Assembly: GCA_951406725.2 (NCBI GenBank)
Contig: OX597840.1
Span: 1,364,001-1,428,000, forward strand
From: Octopus vulgaris
Taxonomy: Eukaryota
Length of the DNA: 64,000 nucleotides
Direction of reading: 5' to 3'
The notes beneath the pieces are model-generated. The model had not been told where the DNA came from. It did not search any database and worked only from the letters and a program-made list of their open reading frames with translations. Below, piece by piece: positions 26,365-40,925 of this stretch; position 1 is the first letter of the stretch; each line of letters starts with the position of its first letter. The translations under genes and the position numbers were made by a program.

Positions 26365-26876
26365 CTAGCAGTATCACCCGGTGTTGCTTGGGTTTGTTTC
26401 GACCCTTTAGAATTGGAATTTTTGAAAAGTAAAAATTTTGCATTATGCGACATGTTATTCTCTTCAAGTGAACATTTTCCCAGTTGATATACACCGAAAA
26501 ATGGTGTATTCACCGTCAAAAATGGTGACACAGCAGTCAAAAATCGTAAAAAATAGGGATTTTCATAGAAAAAAAGCACCTTCTTGATGTAAATAATTTT
26601 TGGTGTTGACATGGTCCGATTTGAATTTTATCTCCTACAGAATGAAGAGCAAGCCTTCTTCTATCATACTCTCAATTTTGGTCAACTTGCGCCGCAGTGT
26701 CTCGAAGGAGATAGTGTTAGTTGAAGGCTACCAAACCTGCCACACACAGACAACTTCAGCTTTATATATACAAATTTGCTACACACTACTTTCCATCCTT
26801 AATAATGAAACTTAAACACACAGACACACACACATATGCACACACAGACACACAAGTTGAGTTTTATATATATAGA
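26365..26876 (-). mobile_element. Non-autonomous Helitron with the same 3' end, a different body and two 5'-end-like motifs
   Basis: A-CTAGCAGTATCACCCGGTGTTGCTTGGGTTTG at 26365; 5'-like ends CAACTTCAGCTTTATATATA near 26770 and CAAGTTGAGTTTTATATATATAGA-T at 26876. Confidence 0.8.
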
Positions 26877-26904
26877 TATGTAAGTGCATAAATATATATA
26901 TAGA

Positions 26905-26923
26905 CAGATAGAGAGATAGATAA

Positions 26924-27012
<89 letters not shown>
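26905..27012. repeat. (GATA)n
   Basis: Directly visible. Confidence 0.97.
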
Positions 27013-27017
27013 GAATA

Positions 27018-27190
27018 AATAAATGCACCCTTTTAAAGCCTAGCCAGGCTCAGGGGCCCGGTTTCCCGGCTTCAATGGTGTATGTGTTCCCCAACTGGAC
27101 GGGACGCCATTTCATCGTTACTCCTTTTGCCGGCTGAGTGGACTGGAGCAACGTAGAGAACACAAAGCGTCGCCCAGTCCAGTAATCACT
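27018..27190 (-). mobile_element. CORE-like SINE family S2, 3' part
   Basis: TGCACCCTTTTAAAG..GGCCCGGTTTCC..GCTGAGTGGACTGGAGCAAC..GTCGCCCAGTCCAG. Confidence 0.75.
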
Positions 27191-27373
27191 CTGAAACATG
27201 TATACGTTCCTATATACGTATCAATGTATAAATGCATGGATATGACGGCACTTATAGTGATATATATATATATATATATATATAAGTTTTTAAGAATATT
27301 CCTCTTATTTATATCCCTGTATCAACTTCTTCATACACACACAAATGGGTATTTATATATATTTATAAAGATA

Positions 27374-27574
27374 ATTATTACATTATATAAAAGGGCTTAG
27401 AAAAATAAATTACTTCGCCGCATACTGAACTCATTAGAAATAGCAGCTAAAAAACTTTTTTAAAGCTATTTCTAATACTTAAAGAAAATCTCTCTCATGT
27501 ATAGTGTTTGCTTAATTCAACTCACAAAAGTTTGGGGGTAAAATTAATTAATTTTACCCTCAATTGTTGAAATG
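27374..27574. mobile_element. ~200-bp palindrome-rich insertion with apparent 14-bp TSD
   Basis: TATTTATAAAGATA at 27360-27373 and 27575-27588; internal hairpin ATTAGAAATAGC..GCTATTTCTAAT and a perfect 24-bp palindrome at 27536-27559. Confidence 0.55.
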
Positions 27575-27585
27575 TATTTATAAAG

Positions 27586-27627
<42 letters not shown>

Positions 27628-28620
27628 ATATAAGTATATGTGTATATATATACATTTATATGTATATATATGCTTTTACGAGTATTCATCTTATTTATAT
27701 CCCTGTATCAACTTCTTTATACACGCACAAACGGGTATTAATATATAATTCTAAGGATAAATATATATATGTATATATATATATTTCTCAAGATGAATAT
27801 ATATACATATATATATATATGCATGTATATTTATACATATATGAATATTTATATATACATATGAATGTGTATGTATGTACACACATATATATGTATGTGT
27901 ATATATATACATACATGTATATATATGTATATATGTATATAAATATATATATATATACATATATATGCACACGCATATCGTTGATCACTGCTTAAAATCT
28001 ATACCGCCGCGATTTAATTTATTTACTGATAAAATTTGCAATTTGATGGCTGCGCAAGAACGCGAAAGAAAAATCTGACGGTGCCAGCGATATTGACGAA
28101 TTGAATACAACAGCACACCGCCATATATACACTTTTCAATTCAATATCAATATTCTACATACATTTACTTACTTGAGGGATAGCATTAATGAGGTTTTTT
28201 TATTACAATTTTTGGGTGGAATTTTAGCGGTGTTCTTCAATATCGTTGGCGGAGGAGGTGGTGGGGCTGCGTATGCTGTTGCTGGTGGTGGCGGCGGTGC
28301 TGGAGTCATAGGGGGATTTTTGCATTGTCGGTGGTGACGTTGCGTTTATCTGCATCGTTGTTCATTATTTTCATGGTGGGTTATTCTTGAAAGCTTCCAT
28401 GAAGGAATTATCACATGTCACGAATGCTGCATATCGTTCTCGCGTGCAAGAATGTGTGTATACATACGTAAATACACAGATAATTACATACACACAAACA
28501 TGCATACAGGTACGAACACACACACACACACACACACACACAAATATACATACATATATATATACGTACACGCTCACATACATACGCATGAAGTGTTATA
28601 TATATATATACATACATATT

Positions 28621-28665
<45 letters not shown>

Positions 28666-29032
28666 AGGCACACATACACTCATATATATATATATATACA
28701 TATACGCAAGGATAAATAGATAGATAAATGGTGAAATACATAGACGCATATATAGATACACACACAGGAGTCAAACAGGAACACAAACACGAATATATAT
28801 ATGTGTATAAAAATATATAACAGTATTCATATACATACATGTATATACAGATACATACATATATATATACACATATATATATATGTGTGTGTATATACAT
28901 ACATATATGTGTTTGTGCGTATAGTTATATGTGTTCTTGATATATATTTATATCTGTGTATCTATATATCTATCAATCTTATTTAAATCTCTATCATTCT
29001 ACCTCACTATCACTATATTTATGTACGTATTG

Positions 29033-29090
<58 letters not shown>

Positions 29091-29268
29091 ATGTGTGCGT
29101 GTGTGCGTGCGTGTATGTGGTTATATATATATATATTTATATATATACATATACATAAATACGTATATATACTTATTGACATACATGCATACACATACAC
29201 GTATACATATAAGCATGCACATGGACACGTATACACAGAAAGTGGTAAATACATATACATATATATAC

Positions 29269-29330
<62 letters not shown>

Positions 29331-29433
29331 GATATCTGATAGTGCGCCGTCATGTCTATATGTACGTATACATTTCTCTGCAGCGCATTGTGCGTGTGCG
29401 ATCATTTCTGCATACGACTGTATATATACATAC

Positions 29434-29500
<67 letters not shown>

Positions 29501-29810
29501 CATCCCTCTGCGTTTGAGCGTGTGCGTATATAATTCATATTAAGTATGTGCACGTATATCTTATTCTCAGCATGCATATGGTTAAAGTAATATAAATTCT
29601 TCAGAAATCTTAGCATGTTTTAGGAATTGAAAAGGGAATATTTTCAAAACGGAAACGCACGTGTTTTAAATATAACGTGTCACAAGCAATACAAAATGGC
29701 GCATGCAACTACACATATACATAAATGCAAATACGCATATATATATATTCATTGTTACATACACTTACAGAAACACAGACACACGCAAACACACATGTAT
29801 ATACATGTAC

Positions 29811-29880
<70 letters not shown>

Positions 29881-29891
29881 TTGTATATATG

Positions 29892-29922
<31 letters not shown>

Positions 29923-30442
29923 ATGTATGTTTATACGTATATATGCATGCATGCAGAAATATGTGTATCCGTGTTTGTGTGTATATGTATATGCATGTGT
30001 GTGTTGCAGTGTGGATAAATATATATAATTATGAAAAGCTGGGCCTGACCCTCATCGTGAGCGAGTTGTCTCCTTAGAAATAGTAATATGATTATACCTG
30101 TACAGCTTTCTGTCAGAATGGAAATTGATATCGCTAAATGCAATTATTTCATATATATATACAGATATATACAAAAAGATGTATTCAGGCACATTGCACA
30201 TCACTCTATGGAACCCTCGAATATTCATCTACATACATACATACATACATACATACATACATACATACATACATACATACATACATACTTACATACATAC
30301 ATACATACATGAATATATACATACTTGTATGCATGCATTGACTCGCACGTACACACACACATATCTTCATATATATGTGTGTAAGTATCTTTGCATACAT
30401 AGTTTCTATATACATTTAAAATTATGTATATGTGCGTGTATG

Positions 30443-30480
<38 letters not shown>

Positions 30481-30599
30481 CATACATATATATATATATA
30501 TCTGTCTATCTATCTAACTATCTATCTATCTATATATATTTATATATATACAAACTTTTAAATGTATATAGAAACGTATGTAGGCAAATGGTGATGTAT

Positions 30600-30664
<65 letters not shown>

Positions 30665-30708
30665 CATACATATATATGAATATATATATATATTTACATA
30701 CATATATA

Positions 30709-30747
<39 letters not shown>

Positions 30748-31052
30748 ATAGATAGATAGATAAATTGATTGATAGATAGTTAGATAGGTAGATAGATAGA
30801 TAGACAGATAGATAGAGGATAGATAGATAAATGAAAAGATAAACGTATAAATAGATGAGTCCTGTGGTAGATATATCTCTAATATGTATCATGTATGCAG
30901 ATTAATATATATATATATACATAGAGTTATACATCCACACGTATGCATCCAGCCACTCACACAATTACACATACAAACAGAGATACGGATACCTATACAT
31001 TTTTAGGAGCGATGTTTAAGAGTGATCTTGTGTGTTGCTTGACGTACGTACT

Positions 31053-31162
31053 TATACAGGCACACACACACATATATATACATGCATATATACAGGCACA
31101 CACACACATATATATACATGCATATATACAGGCACACACACACATATATATATACATGCATA
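31053..31162. repeat. Three copies of a ~36-bp minisatellite built from microsatellite pieces
   Basis: TATACAGGCACACACACACATATATATACATGCATA x3. Confidence 0.85.
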
Positions 31163-31215
31163 TATACATATATACATACATATATATATATATTTGTGTG
31201 TGTGTGTATGTATGT

Positions 31216-31264
<49 letters not shown>

Positions 31265-31424
31265 GATATACATAAATATATGTTGTTACTGCAGACACGT
31301 ATGCACACACATCTGCAGTTATCTCCCAAAAATTGTACGCTTTTACATGCACATATAATTGAAACGTATATTATTATACATCAGTATTCACACACACAGA
31401 CACACACACATATATGTATATATG

Positions 31425-31465
<41 letters not shown>

Positions 31466-31556
31466 GTATGTATATATATGTAGCTATATATATAGTTAAT
31501 CCAAACATGATATGTACATGTATATATATGTATGTATGTATATATATGTATGTACG

Positions 31557-31588
<32 letters not shown>

Positions 31589-32294
31589 TATATATATATA
31601 TATATATACATATATATATGTCCGTACGTATCTATGTATAAAGGCAAGGTTTATGTGAATGTATGTTTATTGCTGCTTGTGTACCATTGTTTCAAATATT
31701 AACGCAATGATGTTCAACATGATTTTCACGATTATTGGTGCAAAATATAATGATAAAAGATGGCTGCTGACACACGTCATCATCTTTATCTCATTGCCGT
31801 AAGATCCGCCACATAATCTATAACAATCCTCGACCAATGTGGCTACATTTTCATCTCTATCCCCAATTGAGACTCTTGTGCTTCTCATTTTCTTAATACT
31901 GAAGCAGTTGTTTTGGACTCGTGCTTTCGCCCTGACATATATTTTCTCAAATACTTTTCCTATCGGAATTAAAGCAATTTAACTTAAAATGCCTGCCTGA
32001 GTTGTCACCACCTCATGCTTGGCTATGAAAATATGTCTGTTGTATTTATAGCACTGCAGCGATCTCCACAAACCGGTCGCCATCATTGATTGTAAAATGT
32101 TCGGACAGTTCGATTTAAAAAAAAAATTTACTCTTCGAAGCCTTCACGAAAATGTACATTATCCAATGATTCAAATATTGTAATTTGCAAGATGCATTTA
32201 AACATGTAGTGTTACATGTAGACATGAGTTTGTTATCATTGATAAGTTTTCTACTGGTTATAGTTCAGTTATAGGCGTTTTATTTCAATTGAGA

Positions 32295-32686
32295 GTGGAG
32301 GCGCAATGGCTCAGTGGTTAGGGCAGCGGACTCGCGGTCGTAGGATCGCGGTTTCGATTCCCAGACCGGGCGTTGTGAATGTTTATTGAGCGAAAACACC
32401 TAAAAGCTCCACGAAGCTCCGGCAGGGGATGGTGGTGATCCCTGCTGTACTCTTTCACCACAACTTTCTCTCACTCTTACTTCCTGTTTCTGTTGTACCT
32501 GTATTTCAAAGGGCCGGCCTTGTCACTCTCTGTGTCACGCTGAATATCCCCGAGAACTACGTTAAGGGTACACGTGTCTGTGGAGTGCTCAGCCACTTAC
32601 ACGTTAATTTCACGAGCAGGCTGTTCCGTTGATCGGATCAACCGGAACCCTCGTCGTCGTAACCGACGGAGTGCTTCCACCCATTC
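32295..32686 (+). mobile_element. tRNA(Arg-like)-headed SINE family N, full length, ~8-bp TSD
   Basis: A-box TGGCTCAGTGG, GTTTCGATTCC; body contains CAGCCACTTACACGTTAA; CAATTGAG on both sides (32286, 32687); second copy at 57322-57703. Confidence 0.88.
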
Positions 32687-33649
32687 CAATTGAGGGCTTA
32701 CAATTAATATTTTATTTTGCGCTACAAATGCCACCGTTTTTCTTTTAATTGTTATATATAGAATTCTATCACTTTGTAAATTTGAAAGAATCTTTCAGGT
32801 GTAACTTCAGTTCAAATGTTCATTCTTCGTTTGGTTGCTAGTATGCAAATTATGTTGCTTCCCTCTTCATGACAGAATCTGAGTAACTGTTACTAGAGAT
32901 ATTTAATCATAGCAAGTTTATGAACCAATACCCTGAGTAAGGCAACTTAATGAGAATTTTCCATTTTCTTGGAAGGAACGCAAAACAGTCGAGTCTATTT
33001 TTCCATTTCACAAACAGTTTCGTACAATCTATAATTTTAAATCCGACAGAAAATTCTGATCGAGTTTATCAAGAGCTAGCATCGAAGTTTTGGAGTTAGA
33101 AGGTTGTATACGGACAAAAATATTTTGCTAAAATACACCGTCGCTCTGCACGACCACAGCATACAATTAAGTCAGATCAAAAGTCCCAATTATTTAAAAT
33201 AAAATGGTTATGTACTGACATAGGGAATTATCGGTAACATGCAAATAATTCTGTACGCCATTAAGTCAAACGCGTTTATCGTGTATATCACGATTCATAG
33301 TGTGGTCATGATTTAAAGAAATTGCAACTGACGCGGCTGTATTTGCGTATGAATGTCAAACCTCCTCGCCTAATTATAATACTTAGAGTGTACTTTGAAT
33401 ACTAAAGCCCCAAAGTACGATGATATATTTTTATATACTACTGCGTTCGAAGATTTATGGCTACACTAGTTTTGCTTATATGATAGTACAGACTTCTGTA
33501 CTTATAGTTCATAATGTTTGCAGTTGTAGTAAGTTGGTGAGCTGCGGAATTGTTACCGCACCGAATAAAAAATGCCTTACAACGACCTCAGAATTAAACT
33601 GCTGACTATCAATATTGCGCTCGAAATATTTTTGACAACACAATTTCGT

Positions 33650-33729
<80 letters not shown>

Positions 33730-33730
33730 T

Positions 33731-34130
33731 GCAGGAGTGGCTGTGTGGTAAGTAGCTTGTTTACCAGCCACATGGTTTCGGGTTCAGTCCCACTGCGTGG
33801 CACCTTGGGCAAGTGTCTTCTACTATAGCCTCGGGCCGACCAAAGCCTTGTAAGTGGATTTGGTAGACGGAAACTGAAAGAAGCCCGTCGTATATGTATG
33901 CGTGCGTGTGTTTGTGTGTCTGTGTTTGTCCCCCTAGCATTGCTTGGCAACCGATGCTGGTGTGTTTATGTCCCCATGGCTTAGCGGTTCGGCAAAAGAG
34001 ACCGATAGAGTAAGTACTGGGCTTACAAAAGAATAAGTCTCGGGGTCGATTTGCTCGATTAAAGGCGGTGCTCCAGCATGGCCGCAGTCAAATGACTGAA
34101 ACAAGTAAAAGAGTAAAAGAGAAAAGAGTA
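33731..34130 (+). mobile_element. SINE family S1 (tRNA-like head, CORE-like ACCTTGGGCAAGT, internal TA/TG tract, CR1-type tail), full length
   Basis: At least eight related copies in the window; ends GCATGGCCGCAGTCAAATGACTGAAAC(AAGTAAAAGAG)n. Confidence 0.92.
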
Positions 34131-34184
<54 letters not shown>

Positions 34185-34185
34185 A

Positions 34186-34226
<41 letters not shown>

Positions 34227-34259
34227 AAGGAATTTAATTTAATAAAGAAATTATATATA

Positions 34260-34408
34260 TATATGGCATGAAGAAAATGGAGGGATTTCAGAGGTAGTAT
34301 GCATCAGCTGTTAGATATTATGTTATGTCTATTCATTTATTTTCAGCAGTTCTGAAAACATATATGCATACTACCTCTGGATTCCCACTATTTTCTTCTT
34401 GCCATATA
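34260..34408. repeat. Imperfect inverted repeat, ~45-bp arms and ~59-bp spacer
   Basis: TATGGCATGAAGAAAATGGAGGGATTTCAGAGGTAGTATGCAT pairs with ATGCATACTACCTCTGGATTCCCACTATTTTCTTCTTGCCATA. Confidence 0.85.
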
Positions 34409-34532
34409 CTTTAATAGTAAAGCCACTTGTTACCCTCGCCCATTTATTAGACTCAGTAGTATGATTGCCATGCAATATCCAACACTTTCGTATTTTAGTT
34501 GGTTGGACTCACAACCTCCAACCCTCATTTAA

Positions 34533-35171
34533 GTAGTCGGCCGTATGCTAGAAATAGATCATCAACGATCAAACTACAAAGAAACTATGCTGGACTACTG
34601 GTTTTAAATTGATATTAAAATTAATATTAATTTATCTCCCTCATTATTTAAATATTGAAATAAATACGTTCTCTAGTAGCAAGCTCTAACCGCAGTGAAT
34701 TATTTACTGCAGTTCTTCGCATCAGGAATTTTTTAGCGCGCCGGAACTAAGACATTTGAAATTTTATACCTAATGTAATCGGTAAAACTAAACACGTGTC
34801 TATTTTGGCACAGAAAGCTGGGGTTAGTTTTTCAGATTGCATTTACACGGAACGATTGTACTGATGAGGCCACGGACATTTGAATTATGTAAGTAATTCT
34901 TTTGTTAAAGGCCGAAACCGAGGTATGCAATTAATTCTGTTTTTTATATAAATTTTCATCTGTCCTGCCCGCCAAATTTGGTTCTGGTGTTCGCTGAATT
35001 TTTCCTCTAGAGAACTTTCTTTGTAGTTTGATCGTTGATGATCTATTTCTAGCATACGGCCGACTACCTAGCAGTCTTGCCCTGCCAATATACACATATA
35101 TTGGAATTTTTCTCTGACTACTGGTTTTAAATTGATATTAAAATTAATATTACTCTATCTCCCTCATTATT

Positions 35172-35178
<7 letters not shown>
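34533..35178 (+). mobile_element. Non-coding Penelope-like/retrozyme-like element with terminal direct repeat and 5' inverted segment
   Basis: Perfect 52-bp inverted repeat 34533-34584/35016-35067; 63-bp direct repeat 34593-34655/35116-35178; internal hammerhead. Confidence 0.75.
34854..34932 (+). ncRNA. Type I minimal hammerhead ribozyme
   Basis: Helix I GATTGTA/TGCAATT (two G-U), core CTGATGA, helix II GGCC/GGCC with ~38-nt loop, GAAA, short helix III AC-CGAG-GT, cleavage triplet GUA ending at 34925. Confidence 0.8.
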
Positions 35179-35227
<49 letters not shown>

Positions 35228-35240
35228 GATATATATATAT

Positions 35241-35329
<89 letters not shown>

Positions 35330-35545
35330 GGCTAAAAGTCGCCTGGCAATAACTCAAATAAGATTAAAACAAAAATTTATTTTTTATGAGACTTCGCTAG
35401 TAAATAGACAACTGTTGATTTTAACTCACAGCATTAAAATCTTAAACGTTCTTAATAGGAATGAATAAATAAAATTGAATATTATGCATTTCTGGAATTT
35501 TTATTTACTGTCGTGTTACTTTTGGCCAACTCTCTCTGTATATAT

Positions 35546-35958
35546 ACTCTTTTACTCTTTTACTCTTTTACTTGTTTCAGTCATTTGACTACGGCCATGC
35601 TGGATCACCGCCTTTAGTCGAACAAATCGACCCCGGGACTTATTCTTTGTAAGCCCAGTTCTTATTCTATCGGTCTCTTTTGCCGAGCCGCTAAGTGACG
35701 GGGACGTAAGCACACACCAGCATCGGTTGTCAAGCAATGCTAGGGGGACAAACACAAACACACACACACACATAAATATATATATATACATATATACGAC
35801 AGGCTTCTTTCAGTTTCCGCCTACCAATCGACTCACAAGTCATTGGTCGGCCCGGGGCTATAGCAGAAGACACTTGCCCAAGATGCCACGCAGTGGGACT
35901 GAACCCGGAGCCATGTGGTTGGTTAGCAAGCTACTTACCACACAGCCATTCCTGCGCC
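35546..35958 (-). mobile_element. SINE family S1, full length
   Basis: Reverse complement of 33731-34130. Confidence 0.92.
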
Positions 35959-36019
<61 letters not shown>

Positions 36020-36779
36020 AAGCGTTCACTTCTTCACGCTCGCACACGTGTTTGTGTGTGTCCGTGTGTCTTCTGGAAGTCTTTGAGCGTCGTAGCCAAT
36101 GTTTGTTCTCGTAGTTTTCTTTATCTTCCGTAACCCCTTTAACATTGAAGGTTCTGTGTTATTTTATTTCCATCGCTTATCCACTCCTAACGAACTACCA
36201 CTGATTTCTGTTTGCCTTCATTTTTTTTCTCTATATCTACCATCTATTTTTCTTTCCTTGCATTTTTCTATCTTCCTTCGTTCATCACCGAGAAAGAATA
36301 AATAAATAAATAAATAGATAAATAAATAAATAAATAAATAGATCATATAAAATGAAGCTGCTTATTATCGCACCAACAGATATAGGTTAAACGAAGTAAA
36401 TTATCTAAATGAAGAAAATTAAAACCAAACTAAATTACTAGATGATAGGATAACTGTTGATTCGTTCTTGAAAGATAAGGATTTGGCGCCGAGTTTGTAC
36501 AGCAGGGAACTACATGAATATTCAATACATGGTATCTTAACAAATCGCATATGTGTGTGTCTGTGTGTCTGTGAGTGTGTGTATAAATCTAAGCACACAC
36601 ACACATACATACGCACACATTTATCAGATGAGATATGCAATGATGCTTCGATTCATATCTATGTATATGCCTACATGCTCTCGTGCATACGATCAACGAT
36701 GTACATGACTATGTATGCTTGCACATGTACGCACATACATAATTGCACATTTGCATACATACGTTGGTACCTACCTCTT

Positions 36780-37187
36780 GCAGGAGTGGCTGTGTGGTAA
36801 GTATCTTGTCTACCAACCACATGGTTCCGGGTTCAGTCCCACTGCGTGGCACCTTGGGCAAGTGTCTTCTACTATAGCCTCGGGCCGACCAAAGCCTTGT
36901 GAGTGGATTTGGTAGACGGAAACTGAAAGAAGCCCGTCATATATATGTATATATATATGCGTGTGTGTGTTTGTGTGTCTGTGTTTGCCCCCTAGCATTG
37001 CTTGACAACCGATGCTGGTGTGTTTATGTCCCCGTTACTTAGCGGTTCGGTAAAAAAGACCGATAGAATAAGTACTAGGCTTACAAAATGAATAAGTCCC
37101 GGGGTCAAGTTGCTCGACTAAAGGCGGTGCTCCAGCATGGCCGCAGTCAAATGACTGAAACAAGTAAAAGAGTAAAAGAGTAAAAGA

Positions 37188-37190
<3 letters not shown>
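36780..37190 (+). mobile_element. SINE family S1, full length
   Basis: Close match to 33731-34130. Confidence 0.92.
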
Positions 37191-37225
<35 letters not shown>

Positions 37226-37699
37226 GTACATAGTTCATACAAATGAAATCTCATATGTTCACCTTATCACTAGAGTTGATAACGTATACCACCGAACAAG
37301 ATACACTACACATCCATTCACTAAGTGATCCTTTCTATTTATCTATCTATCTATCTATCTATTTTGACCGAAGTTACCGTGGTCTTTTCCGTAGGCTTTT
37401 CTTTCCACGGTTAAACCTCACCTGTCCTCTCCTTTACACTGTATATTCACATTTCTGTGAATAGTATCCCTATTGATCGATTTTTTCTTTTTCCTTTTAA
37501 TTTAATTCCCCCCTTTTTTTGCTTCCCACTTTATTTCCTTTTACGATCCCTTTTGATCGAAAACCAAACCCCCTTTTTTATCCCCAAAAAGAAAGGCTAT
37601 ACCTTGTAATTTGTCCCGTCTGTGTGCAGTCCTGTGTGGCTAATAAAAAAACATATCTATTTATCTATATATGTGTCTGTCTGTCCGTATGTCTATCTA

Positions 37700-37746
<47 letters not shown>

Positions 37747-37764
37747 GCCTATCTATCTATCTAC

Positions 37765-37828
<64 letters not shown>

Positions 37829-37873
37829 TTATTTATCTATCTATCTATCTATCTATCTATTTATTTATCTATC

Positions 37874-37904
<31 letters not shown>

Positions 37905-37933
37905 CTATTTATCTATATATCTATTTATTTATC

Positions 37934-37964
<31 letters not shown>

Positions 37965-38089
37965 CTATTCATCTATGTATCTCTGTGACTATCTTCATAT
38001 CTATACACACACACGAACACACACATTGATATGTATATGTATACGTAATATACATATTCATATATATAAGCATTTTTACTGGTCTAATT

Positions 38090-38380
38090 GCATACAATCC
38101 AGCTGACAAATGAAATAAAATAAATTACCCCAGATATCCAATAGATTTCCCGCTCATAAATCTCTCCTTCCCATATTTAATCCTGTTCCGCTTCTTATAA
38201 ATATCCAATTGACATTAGAGAGCCTAATTAGGATGAAGTCATTAATCAATGATTTGTCAGTGGCCAGCGTGCAAAAAACATGAGTTAATTAAATATTTAA
38301 AGAATAATTATAAATATATTATTACAATAAAGGCGTTCTCCCTCCAGCCCTCGTTTTCATAATTATATGTTTGTAATTAT
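38090..38380. promoter_or_regulatory. Candidate homeodomain/TALE enhancer
   Basis: Island with no other copy in the window: TCATTAATCA (TGATTAATGA) at 38239, three TGACA/TGTCA, CCTAATTAGG, CTCATAAATC. Motif evidence only. Confidence 0.3.
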
Positions 38381-38385
38381 ACTTT

Positions 38386-39736
<1,351 letters not shown>

Positions 39737-39829
39737 CAAAGTGTGTGTGTGTGTACATAAACATACAAATACGATATACATAAACATACAAATACGACAC
39801 AAATACGTAATTCTTTTCTCCTATATCGG

Positions 39830-40925
39830 ATACTAACACACCACACTTTCTTAGTCCGAACTCCATTCTGATATCAGCACTGTAAGTATACACCCTATCA
39901 ATGAGGGAACTGACTTGGATTTCATCTTTACCGTGAAGTTTGAGGTCATCCATGAATAATAAAAAATAGTTGGCATCTTGCTGGCGGCTTTTGAATACAT
40001 ACCCAGCGTTTGCTTTCTTCAGAATCAGTGTTTGTGGTATCAAGCACAGTACAAAGGTCAGTAGGGATAGGCAGTCCCTCTTGAAAAATGCCTCTCCTAA
40101 TTTCTACTGTCCCTAAATTTCTTCCGTATGCTGTCAGTTCCGTCCTCCAATTCGCCATACTTTTTCCAGGCAATCGCTGAACATTCGATGCAATGCCAAA
40201 TAGGTTCATATTATCTAAGAGCGTGGCATCATATCGTACGCCTTACGATAGTCGATCCATGACATGGCTAAGTTACTTTTCATCCTCTTGCAGTCTCTAA
40301 GTACAGTTTTGCCTATCAAGAGTTCATCCTTGGTACATCTGCACTTACGCTTGCAACCCTCCTGCTCGTGTGGCAGGACTCCATTTTTTCCATACGTTCG
40401 TACATTGGCTATGCGAGTATTCCAGTCAATAACTTACACATAAGTGGCATACAGGATAGCTGCCGGTGATTGTCTACCGCATTGCCTTTTTCGATGTTTT
40501 TCAAACACAGCCGTGTCCCACCCAATGACAACCACTCTGGTGTTAATTGGTCAGCACTTAACAAGGTATTGCGTTGCGCAGTTATATGTGCGTGACATTC
40601 ACTAAATGTTTTGATCCAGTAGCCTTCTACTCCATCTGATCCCGAGGACTTCCTGTTGCTCATTTTTTTGCTGATTCCCTTCACTTCCTTAACTGAAATG
40701 ACGTTCTGCCTCTTTCGGACAGACTACTGCTTGTTTCAGTTCTTGCAACTATTCAGCATCCTTCTTGTGCTCTTTGTCTTTGCTCCACATGTCACTCCAG
40801 AACTTTGACTGTTAATGTTACATGGTATCAACTTTTCATCTGTACACTATCCATTTATTTCTTTATAGAATCTCTTGTAATCTTCTCTGAATAAACTACT
40901 CTGCTGGTAATCCTTTATTCTTACC
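39830..40925 (-). mobile_element. Decayed R4/Dong-clade reverse transcriptase fragment
   Basis: KSSGSDGVEGYWIK..PEWL..KGNAVDNHR..KLLTGI..WIDYRKAYD..RRGIFQ..LLFMDDLKL..MEFGLRKC, with frameshifts. Confidence 0.93.

Noticed and set aside
32295-32370. tRNA genes at SINE heads (also 11349, 11836, 33731)
   Set aside because: A and B boxes are present, but there is no complete cloverleaf or acceptor stem, and each continues into a SINE body.
34260-34408. miRNA precursor (also the hairpins at 57930 and 63197)
   Set aside because: Loops are large, I recognise no mature miRNA sequence, and TE fold-back explains them better.
39830-40925. This RT fragment and 8084-9643 as two halves of one broken element
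   Set aside because: They meet near the same FGLxKC motif, but overlapping residues differ and decay levels differ; likely separate subfamilies.
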